Source: a virus. Taken from it: a DNA stretch of 57,749 bases. The translations under genes were made by a program, and so were the position numbers. Positions 42,318-49,751 of this stretch are shown here, in pieces; the stretch's first letter is position 1; each line of letters begins with the position of its first letter. Under the pieces are notes generated by a model that did no database searches, was not told where the DNA came from, and was given only the letters and a program-made list of their open reading frames with translations. The DNA lies in the IMG/VR virus record IMGVR_UViG_3300045988_122638; one strand, written 5' to 3'.

Positions 42318-43133
42318 TCAAATCTTCACATTTATAATTTTGGCAATCAATTTTACTGTTCTGTGTATTACAACACACATCCATAGCTTGGCATCTGTTA
42401 GATTTAAACCATTTCCGGTACCCGATATGATACCTTTATCTATGCACCATTGAACAGCCTCTTTTGCCCAACCAGGCATATTTTCATCCACAAAATTATA
42501 AATCATTGGATTTTTCAAAATTTTCACTTCTTCTTTCAAAGATGCAATTTCTTCTCCCATTTTGTTTATAATTTCATCATAATTTTTCATATCATCATCC
42601 TCGTTTCCGGCTTGACCTGTTATTCCTTTACATATTGCTGATGCCATCTTCTTAGCACCAATACTTTTGTATTCATCTGCATCATCCGTATCAACAAAGC
42701 AACATTCAACTAACATGGCTTTAGCATTACTTCTTCTAACGACATATAAGTTTGAACCATCTTTTATGCCTCGGTTTTTAAATCCCAATTCATGAATAGC
42801 TTTGCAAGTATTCTCTGCCTCTGGAAATATTTTTCCTCCGTATGTAAATACCTCTGTTCCTCTACCGCCACCACTATTGAAATGAATTGATACAAACAAA
42901 TCTAGCGGATGTGCATTAGCCATATCTATTATTTGTCTTAAATTAGACGTCGTTGATGGAGCATAATCATTCGTACAGTCATGCACAGTATGCCCCTGCG
43001 ATTTTAACATATCGATAAGAATTTTTCCTACAGCCCGAGTTTCTACACTTTCATCAATACGTCCAACAGCTCCACAGCCTGGTTGTCCGCTAACAGTGTG
43101 TCCACAGTTTATACCTATTCTCATACATAACAC
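42318..43133 (-). CDS. N-acetylmuramoyl-L-alanine amidase (Amidase_3) endolysin
   Basis: MRIGINCGH...DLFVSIHFNSGGGRGTEVF is the Amidase_3 signature. The C-terminal binding domain is of unknown type. Confidence 0.85.
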   Translation of the reverse strand: MLCMRIGINCGHTVSGQPGCGAVGRIDESVETRAVGKILIDMLKSQGHTVHDCTNDYAPSTTSNLRQIIDMANAHPLDLFVSIHFNSGGGRGTEVFTYGGKIFPEAENTCKAIHELGFKNRGIKDGSNLYVVRRSNAKAMLVECCFVDTDDADEYKSIGAKKMASAICKGITGQAGNEDDDMKNYDEIINKMGEEIASLKEEVKILKNPMIYNFVDENMPGWAKEAVQWCIDKGIISGTGNGLNLTDAKLWMCVVIHRTVKLIAKIINVKI

Positions 43134-43141
43134 TTCCTTTT

Positions 43142-43453
43142 TTAAAAACCTATATGAGTAAATATGTATCCGACAATTATACCAACCACGGTGGTAACAG
43201 CATGAGATAATAATTTACGCCACATCTCTCCATCCCTATTCTCCAGCACTTCAAGACGTTTACCTTGGCGAACCTGCTCTTTTAGCATACTCTCCATGTT
43301 TAATGCAAGTTTCTCAATAGACGTGTTAAGAGCATTAAGACGCTCGATACTCTCTTCTAAAAGTTCCAAGCGTCTATTTTGTCGACTATGTTCTTCCTCT
43401 ATTCGTCTACGAAATTCTTCATGTTCAGCTCTTGTAATCGGTGTATCCAACAT
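43142..43453 (-). CDS. XhlA-family lysis-associated membrane protein
   Basis: 103 aa. Coiled coil plus C-terminal TM (WRKLLSHAVTTVVGIIVGYIF), located in a PBSX-like lysis cassette. Confidence 0.65.
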   Translation of the reverse strand: MLDTPITRAEHEEFRRRIEEEHSRQNRRLELLEESIERLNALNTSIEKLALNMESMLKEQVRQGKRLEVLENRDGEMWRKLLSHAVTTVVGIIVGYIFTHIGF

Positions 43454-43602
43454 TACTCACCACCGTTTATTAGTTGTATTAATTCCTTGTATTGCTCATC
43501 GGTAATACGATTAGCCAACAGAAAAACATCCAATTTATCTTTCATTTCATTTTTATCGTATTTACCGCTTGCGATTATTTTTTTGCAATAACCATAAGTC
43601 AT
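43453..43602 (-). CDS. XkdX-like small protein (49 aa; below the track cutoff)
   Basis: GAGGAGGAAA RBS. Translation MTYGYCKKIIASGKYDKNEMKDKLDVFLLANRITDEQYKELIQLINGGE. TAATG overlap with xhlA-like start. Confidence 0.5.
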   Translation of the reverse strand: MTYGYCKKIIASGKYDKNEMKDKLDVFLLANRITDEQYKELIQLINGGE

Positions 43603-43617
43603 ATCATTTCCTCCTCT

Positions 43618-43998
43618 TTACAATCCCAATTCCATTTTAGACATTCTGTAATCTATATCAAGATTAAATTCGTCTTGTGTTTGCGGTAGTGATGCATTAT
43701 AAGCCTCAAGACTTCCGCACGCAGCAATATCATCAAGTTCTTTCTGTACGTTATCTGTTGTTAGTTCGATACCCTCCATCCATGCATAGTCTGAAGTATC
43801 AAGTTCTTCTTTTGAAACAATCGAAATTAATTTATGCTTTGGTACAAAGTTAACTTCTAGTTCATGCAATCCATCCGAATCAACACAATGAGTTTCATCT
43901 ACGTAATCAGTCTTATTAATATCGAGATATCGTCTAACAACAACTTTATGAGTATTTAAACATATTTTATTGTCCTTTATAAAAAACTTATCATTCAT
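43618..43998 (-). CDS. Hypothetical protein (XkdW-position, tail-fibre-associated)
   Basis: 126 aa, between the fibre genes and XkdX-like gene. Confidence 0.45.
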   Translation of the reverse strand: MNDKFFIKDNKICLNTHKVVVRRYLDINKTDYVDETHCVDSDGLHELEVNFVPKHKLISIVSKEELDTSDYAWMEGIELTTDNVQKELDDIAACGSLEAYNASLPQTQDEFNLDIDYRMSKMELGL

Positions 43999-44002
43999 AT
44001 TC

Positions 44003-45460
44003 CTATTCCTCCATTGAACTTATTGCTTGCATATTAGCATTCACTATATTTCCGCTTATATCAGAACCGGTAGGAGTGGAACTTGTTAATGAGTATCGAG
44101 ATATGTTTCCTTTTACACTCGAATAGTGATTAAACGAGAATATATTACTTTTATTATTGTATACCATATTATTAGCGAATATAGCACAGTATTGTGTATA
44201 CACGCCCGTTGTATTGTATTGAGTAAATACAATTATATTATTATCTACGATATAGTACCCGAAGTAAATGGTTGTACCCGTTATTACTATTTTGCAATTA
44301 GATATAGTACCAGAGCCACTTCTTGTTTGAGTTGGACTCGTGCATTTTACATAAGAAGAATCTATTGTCATTCCTGTAGCAGCACCATCGTTTGATATAA
44401 ATTGTGGGCTTATTAATTTACAACCTGTAGCTCTACCACTGCAGTTATAGAATATGTTTATATTATAACTGCCTGATGATCTTTTGGCTCTTGCGACCAA
44501 TAAATTAGCAAGTATTTTACAATCTCTAAATACCGCACCGCATTCCCCATCATTATCGTTGAATGTTATGTTTGTATTGAGACGATTTATATGTATATTA
44601 CCTCTTGTAGCAATTGCTGTTGGATTATGGGTTACCGTACCTGATTTTATTGAGACATTGAAATCACAATTATCAAGATACAGGTTATCTGTTCCGACTA
44701 AATTGAATATGCCGTTCTCTATATTACTAGCCTCAATACTACAATCTTTAAAAGTAATATTATTGTTACCACTTGAATTTATAAGTGTTGATGAAACATT
44801 TATCGTTGTTCCAGGACCCATGCCCTCAATTATTATTTTTTTACCGCTCAGTGATAAAGGACCTTTAATAGTATAGTCACCCTCTAAAACTGTAATTTTA
44901 CCACCGATATATAATTGATTAATGGCTTGCTGGAATATAGAAGTGTGATCCTGATTATCCGGACAAATATAATTAGCTAACCATTGGTGTTGAGAGTCTC
45001 TACAAGCAATCGTAATTGATGTTGGCGGAGCAAGTTTTTCATTACCCACCAAGTCATTCACATCACTTGTTAAGTCATCCATGGATGCATAACCATTACT
45101 TGGAAAATAACTACCTGTTGCACCGGTTGCTCCTTGTGGTCCTCTTATACATGCTTTGTACTGCCATCTCGCTGTTGTTCCGCTACCTGCAGTCGAACAT
45201 TGATAAATATATCCGTACGAAGTGTTTAGATAAATATCGCCAACTTTAACCAATGGGCAAGAAGTATACGAATATGTGCTTGATGTACTGGTGCCGCTCA
45301 TAGCAGTACCCGTATACCATTGACTTCCACCCATATTCACATTACCACTTCCGGTGCCCATAAAAAATTCACGAGAATCGGTGGTATATGCCGGTTCTCC
45401 TGCCGAAAGAGTTGGCAATTTAGATTTTAACCCTCTTCTTAATAAGATTTTGTTCGCCAT
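44003..45460 (-). CDS. Receptor-binding / tail spike protein with beta-helix (pectate-lyase-like) repeats
   Basis: The N-terminus MANKILLRRGLKSKLPTLSAGEPAYTTD is shared with the upstream gene. Repeats of the type NITFKDCSIEASN..LYLDNCDFNVS follow. Confidence 0.65.
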   Translation of the reverse strand: MANKILLRRGLKSKLPTLSAGEPAYTTDSREFFMGTGSGNVNMGGSQWYTGTAMSGTSTSSTYSYTSCPLVKVGDIYLNTSYGYIYQCSTAGSGTTARWQYKACIRGPQGATGATGSYFPSNGYASMDDLTSDVNDLVGNEKLAPPTSITIACRDSQHQWLANYICPDNQDHTSIFQQAINQLYIGGKITVLEGDYTIKGPLSLSGKKIIIEGMGPGTTINVSSTLINSSGNNNITFKDCSIEASNIENGIFNLVGTDNLYLDNCDFNVSIKSGTVTHNPTAIATRGNIHINRLNTNITFNDNDGECGAVFRDCKILANLLVARAKRSSGSYNINIFYNCSGRATGCKLISPQFISNDGAATGMTIDSSYVKCTSPTQTRSGSGTISNCKIVITGTTIYFGYYIVDNNIIVFTQYNTTGVYTQYCAIFANNMVYNNKSNIFSFNHYSSVKGNISRYSLTSSTPTGSDISGNIVNANMQAISSMEE

Positions 45461-45473
45461 GGATTAAACCTCC

Positions 45474-46139
45474 TTAAAATGTTCCTCCATCTATTGTACT
45501 TGTTGAGTCCAATTTAGAGTTCCATGCTGTTTTTTCTGCATCTGAAACAAAGCGATGCGTTGAATCTTGTGTAATCATACTTGCCGGATGTGATGTCGGA
45601 TGTGTGTAATTCGACAAACCTGCAAGCTTCTCTTTTTCCGCTGTTGTATAATCCTCAGTTGAAAGTTGTTTACCGTCTACTTTGTCAACTTTCTTATTAA
45701 GTTCCTCTACCGTTGCATAGCCGCTTAAATCAACAGTTGTGTCATCAAGCAATACTACTTCCGAATCAACTTTAGCATAAATATCATAGTGATTAGTCTT
45801 GCCATTCATAACAAGATACAATACGTTATCTTCTGCTGTTTCTGTAGATGGAACGCTGTCAACTTTCTTGAATGACGCGTGTCCTGTTGCTGCAATTGCT
45901 GCCGCTACGGTAGTAGCAACTTCACTTTCTGTTTGAAACTTACTGTCGTTCGTCAACTCTGAAACCTTTGTCGGAACTGTTACATCCGGATTCAGAAGAA
46001 TGTTTGATCCACCATTGCCTGCATAAAGAGCAATTTTTGTTTTGTCATCATTATAAGCAAGTGCCAATTCGCCCTCTGCTAGTGTTAGATTTGAAAGATT
46101 TTTGATTAAACCTCTTTTGATTAAAATTGTGTTTGCCAT
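45474..46139 (-). CDS. Tail fibre protein (start ATG 46139)
   Basis: MANTILIKRGLIKNLSNLTLAEGELALAYND is an N-terminal fibre motif. TGGAGG RBS. Confidence 0.65.
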   Translation of the reverse strand: MANTILIKRGLIKNLSNLTLAEGELALAYNDDKTKIALYAGNGGSNILLNPDVTVPTKVSELTNDSKFQTESEVATTVAAAIAATGHASFKKVDSVPSTETAEDNVLYLVMNGKTNHYDIYAKVDSEVVLLDDTTVDLSGYATVEELNKKVDKVDGKQLSTEDYTTAEKEKLAGLSNYTHPTSHPASMITQDSTHRFVSDAEKTAWNSKLDSTSTIDGGTF

Positions 46140-46158
46140 TTTGAATTCCTCCATTTTT

Positions 46159-46941
46159 TTAATATTTTCCGCCATCTAAGACAGCGTTTACTTGTGTTGA
46201 TATCTTCAACGGTTCGAAATCTCCACAATCAAACTCATCTGTCGGTTCATTGTCGAAATCTCCACCATCAAATTCTATTTCATCATAGTCTTGCTCAAAT
46301 AAACCACCGTCGTATATTACAATACCAAGTGCAGTTTGTAAAAGCATTATTTCTCGCATCAAAGATGCTATCTGTTCGTTATTATAAGCAGCATGTTCAT
46401 CAAGTTGTTCCTGTGTCACCTGTTCCTTAATGCCATTCCATTTTTCAATGTCTGTAGAACTAATCCCATCAAGAACTTCCTTGTTATCGTGCGTATGTGC
46501 TTTTGATTTTAGAGTGCTTATATCTTCACTCATAACCTCATCAGTTTTAACTCGTTCGTTTATTCGTTCGGATAAATCCTTATCTGCATTGGATCGTTTT
46601 GTCACTTCGTCATTCAGTGCCGCTCTATTAGAGTCTGCTGCCGAACGTGCGTCAACCGCTTTGTCATGCGCTATTTTAACCGCATATGGAGTTGCCGCCA
46701 CCGAGTTTGAATCATTAGAAGTATTACTTACACTGTCTGATAAAGTTACATGACCTGAAACACTGCCCGTTGCTTTTGCGTTCGAATGATCTGTAAGGTC
46801 GGTACGCAACTTCTTGCAGGACTCTGTATTTGACTCTGTTTCTTTGTTTACAGCATTAATAGAGTCATATAATGCTGTTCGTACTTCTCTGCCGTAAATA
46901 GCAGACTTGATTTTGTTTAACCAATCGGATATATTCGCCAT
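46159..46941 (-). CDS. Baseplate upper / tail fibre protein (BppU-N-like N-terminus)
   Basis: WLNKIKSAIYGREVRTALYDSINAVN motif, then a coiled-coil shaft. Confidence 0.6.
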   Translation of the reverse strand: MANISDWLNKIKSAIYGREVRTALYDSINAVNKETESNTESCKKLRTDLTDHSNAKATGSVSGHVTLSDSVSNTSNDSNSVAATPYAVKIAHDKAVDARSAADSNRAALNDEVTKRSNADKDLSERINERVKTDEVMSEDISTLKSKAHTHDNKEVLDGISSTDIEKWNGIKEQVTQEQLDEHAAYNNEQIASLMREIMLLQTALGIVIYDGGLFEQDYDEIEFDGGDFDNEPTDEFDCGDFEPLKISTQVNAVLDGGKY

Positions 46942-46943
46942 GG

Positions 46944-47321
46944 TTATCCCTCCTCGTCTTCAAGCATCCATTCAAGCTTTAGTATTTCCTCACCGCTTAA
47001 GATGCCTATGACCTCGTTGTAATTGAGCTTCATAAACTCAACCTCATGCTTGATAGTTGCAATTTCAGAAAACTCCTTTTCAAATTCTTTAAAATGTTCT
47101 GATTTCGGAGTTACAACTATTCTGCCTGTCAGCTCACCGTTGATTATTTCTTTCTCGCCATACTTAGTTATAAGCTCTTGCTTGATTTGAAAATATTCAG
47201 TAAGTGCCGTGTTTAATAGGCGAGTATTTCTGGCGGCAACATAGCCGACTTTGTCTACATGCCCGAGTACTGATTGTACTTGTCCGAGCATAGTTTCCAT
47301 TTCAACATTCATTAGTTTCAT
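46944..47321 (-). CDS. Hypothetical tail-module protein
   Basis: 125-aa ORF coupled to the downstream fibre gene. Confidence 0.5.
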   Translation of the reverse strand: MKLMNVEMETMLGQVQSVLGHVDKVGYVAARNTRLLNTALTEYFQIKQELITKYGEKEIINGELTGRIVVTPKSEHFKEFEKEFSEIATIKHEVEFMKLNYNEVIGILSGEEILKLEWMLEDEEG

Positions 47322-47356
47322 ATAGTTTTAATCACCTCCGTTGTTGAAAAATTGCA

Positions 47357-47387
47357 TAAAAAAAAGAAGGAGCCCTTGTTAGGACTC
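47357..47387 (-). terminator. Conserved cassette terminator, copy A
   Basis: Minus strand: GAGTCC-taacaa-GGGCTC followed by CTTCTTTTTTTT. Confidence 0.65.
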
Positions 47388-47457
47388 TTTGGTTTTTGTT
47401 TATTTCTTTATACGTTTGATTCCATATTCACAAGTAATCATAACTTATCACTCCTTT

Positions 47458-47483
47458 CCATAATAGGAGCTGTTATTTTTGCG
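47458..47483 (-). promoter_or_regulatory. Conserved 26-nt promoter-like motif, copy 7 (overlaps the XRE stop codon)
   Basis: Minus strand: CGCAAAAATAACAGCTCCTATTATGG. Followed only by a 13-codon mini-ORF (47400-47441) and terminator A. Confidence 0.55.
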
Positions 47484-47943
47484 TATGTTTAAGTTCTTTT
47501 TCTGTCCAAATTTTTAAAGTTTCGATAGATTTCGAAATATTTTGAAGTTCGGTTTCGATTTTCACAAAATCGCTTAGTTCACTCTCATCAATTTTACCGT
47601 CTGAACTTATTTCTATTAACCTTTCCTGTTGACGTTTTATAGAATTTAGTGATGCAATTAACGGTAAAACTATTTTTTCCAGTTCCAATTCTTTGTCAGC
47701 AATAGGAAAAACATATCGTTTACCTATTTCACATTCCTCTGTGCAATATTTATTACACAACATAGGTTTATCATAAACTTCAGATAAAATTACTACTTCG
47801 TTCGGATAAATGCGTAACTTATCATTTTCGATACGTTCAAGTCGTGATGCATCAATCTTTCGTACTCCGTTGTCGTCTGTCATAGCACATACTTCTTCTC
47901 TGGATAATCCGCTTTCTTGCCTTATCTTTTTATATACATTCAC
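47473..47943 (-). CDS. XRE-family HTH transcriptional regulator (candidate CI-like repressor)
   Basis: 156 aa with a GTG start. IRQESGLSREEVCAMT...LERIENDK is the HTH, followed by a C-terminal coiled-coil. Has its own consensus sigmaA promoter. Confidence 0.75.
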   Translation of the reverse strand: MNVYKKIRQESGLSREEVCAMTDDNGVRKIDASRLERIENDKLRIYPNEVVILSEVYDKPMLCNKYCTEECEIGKRYVFPIADKELELEKIVLPLIASLNSIKRQQERLIEISSDGKIDESELSDFVKIETELQNISKSIETLKIWTEKELKHTQK

Positions 47944-47978
47944 TACACATATACCCCCACCGAAAATATTTCTATAAC

Positions 47979-48007
47979 ATTATATCATAATCCGCATTTT
48001 TTGTAAA
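47979..48007 (-). promoter_or_regulatory. SigmaA-type promoter of the XRE gene (TTTACA-17-TATAAT)
   Basis: Minus strand: TTTACAaaaaatgcggattatgaTATAAT. Confidence 0.65.
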
Positions 48008-48068
48008 TAACAGTAAGAACATTTTCATTTTTTGCAAAATTCGACTGTGTATTTCACACTTATTGTTA

Positions 48069-48097
48069 TCGACATCAAATATAGAATATGGTATATT
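48069..48097 (+). promoter_or_regulatory. SigmaA-type promoter for the plus-strand mini-operon (TCGACA-17-TATATT, TGn-extended)
   Basis: TCGACAtcaaatatagaatatggTATATT, divergent from the XRE promoter. Confidence 0.55.
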
Positions 48098-48135
48098 TAT
48101 GTTAACAAATAAATCAATAGAGGAGGTTGAACACA

Positions 48136-48288
48136 ATGCCAAAATTAAACCCACCAACCGATGACTGGGAAGATGATGAATCCTTATGTGTCTGGGATGC
48201 CGCCGATATATGGATGTCCAGTGGATATGACGAAGATTATATGTTCGGATATACCGAAGAAGAATTAAAAAAAGCTTTAAACATGTAA
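48136..48288 (+). CDS. Very acidic 50-aa protein
   Basis: AGGAGG RBS at 48121. Translation MPKLNPPTDDWEDDESLCVWDAADIWMSSGYDEDYMFGYTEEELKKALNM. Confidence 0.55.
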   Translation: MPKLNPPTDDWEDDESLCVWDAADIWMSSGYDEDYMFGYTEEELKKALNM

Positions 48289-48308
48289 AATAGAAAGGAG
48301 TTACACAT

Positions 48309-48443
48309 ATGAAAGCAAATGATTTTATGTATAAGAATGATGCAGGAAAAGACGTATGCGGTGCTGCTGCTTTTAACCATTACGTCTTTACAGAATGTGG
48401 CGGAATTGACGGTTTTGTTGAAAAATACAAAGTTTCTGTTGTA
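48309..48443 (+). CDS. Small protein (44 aa)
   Basis: AAAGGAG RBS. Translation MKANDFMYKNDAGKDVCGAAAFNHYVFTECGGIDGFVENTKFLL. Confidence 0.45.
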
Positions 48444-48503
48444 ATATCGCCGTTATTATCATTTTTTAAAAATTTATTACATTGATTGAGAGGAGTGAGT
48501 CTG

Positions 48504-48626
48504 CATGGATACAAATGCTGCTATAATAACAACGGTTGCGCTTGGTTTATGCTTTATATATGCCAATGTCCATCCGAATTCGCTTAGCGAAATAACTGAT
48601 GCAATCAAAAAACTATCACAGGCATA
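48504..48626 (+). CDS. Small membrane peptide (40 aa)
   Basis: GAGAGGAG RBS. Translation MDTNAAIITTVALGLCFIYANVHPNSLSEITDAIKKLSQA. Confidence 0.45.
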
Positions 48627-48636
48627 AAAAGTACAA

Positions 48637-48667
48637 AAGAGCCCGTATCGTTATGATATAGGCTCTT
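48637..48667. terminator. Bidirectional terminator between convergent genes
   Basis: AAGAGCC-cgtatcgttatgatata-GGCTCTT, flanked by A-rich sequence upstream and T-rich (ATTCTTT) downstream. Confidence 0.6.
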
Positions 48668-48680
48668 ATTCTTTATAAAA

Positions 48681-49676
48681 CTATACTAATTGTAAGTTAC
48701 GTTTTATTCCTCTCAAGTGATACTGCATCTCTTTACTCATGTATTCAATGGACATCCCACCTACATATGGATCAAATTCACTTTCTATAGGTATTTGTCC
48801 GTTATTGAGCATTTCTTCCACCTTTCGTATACCATTTACGCTATTACCATTAGAGCAAGTCATAGCATATAATGTTATGACAGGTTTTTCATACGTTTTT
48901 GAATACCCTTCATATATTCCAGATATTTTCACATCACTATAAAGGCAACCTTCAAAATCGCTCTTATGCCCTATTCCATATTCCTCCACATTTAAACATA
49001 CCATCCATTCAGTGTTTTCCGCATTTTTCAAACATCCTAACCACACATCATTATCGGATGTTGAAATCACCTCTTTAATTTTTTCGATAGAAACCAGTTT
49101 ACCTGTTATTTCAACAAACTCACCAGTTTTGTATTGAGAGTAATATGTATCTTCAGTCACTTTATCACCTTCATTCTCTGAAACATAACTCTTAGAAGTA
49201 TCTATTGAAATGCTATTTTCTTCACCATTCCACTCTACGCTGAAATCCAACAATTCACCTATATCTCTCAGCTTAAAATAATTGCTGTCATCGATAAGAT
49301 ATGCCTGCAATTGAACCACTTCGCCGTTTTTTAAAATCGTAGAACTCGTAGGCTCTGTTTGAACATTGTCACCATCTCCGATTTCCATTTCGCCTCCGAC
49401 AGCGATATATGGCTGTCGACTCGTCAATGAAACCGTATTCAAAACCTCGTTATACCCTATAGAAAACTGTTTTTCTGTCGCATTTAAAACATATGCCAAA
49501 TCACGAAGTTTAAAATAGTTGTTTCCGTTAATATTATAAGAATCAAATTTAATGTTATTCCCGTTTACCAACACAGTAGAGGTAGTCGGAACAGCTTCAT
49601 CGGCCGATACCGAAATAGCTGTTACACTTGTCAGTATCATTATAGCCGATAGTATTTTACATATCATCTTTTTCAT
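48681..49676 (-). CDS. Secreted moron protein with two copper-amine-oxidase-N-like 'stalk' repeats
   Basis: Signal peptide MKKMICKILSAIMILTSVTAISVSADE. Repeats VLVNGNNIKFDSYNINGNNYFKLRDLAYVL and ILKNGEVVQLQAYLIDDSNYFKLRDIGELL. Confidence 0.7.
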   Translation of the reverse strand: MKKMICKILSAIMILTSVTAISVSADEAVPTTSTVLVNGNNIKFDSYNINGNNYFKLRDLAYVLNATEKQFSIGYNEVLNTVSLTSRQPYIAVGGEMEIGDGDNVQTEPTSSTILKNGEVVQLQAYLIDDSNYFKLRDIGELLDFSVEWNGEENSISIDTSKSYVSENEGDKVTEDTYYSQYKTGEFVEITGKLVSIEKIKEVISTSDNDVWLGCLKNAENTEWMVCLNVEEYGIGHKSDFEGCLYSDVKISGIYEGYSKTYEKPVITLYAMTCSNGNSVNGIRKVEEMLNNGQIPIESEFDPYVGGMSIEYMSKEMQYHLRGIKRNLQLV

Positions 49677-49715
49677 AACCTTATCCTCCTAATTAATATA
49701 ATTTTTGTATATTTG

Positions 49716-49744
49716 ATTATAGCATATGTTTTAAATTTATGCAA
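49716..49744 (-). promoter_or_regulatory. Consensus-like sigmaA promoter of the secreted-protein moron (TTGCAT-17-TATAAT, TGn)
   Basis: Minus strand: TTGCATaaatttaaaacatatgcTATAAT, about 40 nt upstream of ATG 49676. Confidence 0.65.
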
Positions 49745-49751
49745 GAAAATA

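Noticed and set aside
44003-46175. Diversity-generating retroelement suspected because the fibre N-termini resemble Mtd-type proteins.
   Set aside because: No reverse transcriptase gene occurs anywhere in the genome. I could find no TR/VR-like near-repeat pair near the 3' ends of the fibre genes.
19616-47387. CRISPR array or MITE suspected from the five near-identical copies of gagcccttgttaggactc.
   Set aside because: The copies are kilobases apart rather than regularly spaced. Each is a 6-bp hairpin followed by a T-tract right after a stop codon on the coding strand, so they are intrinsic terminators.
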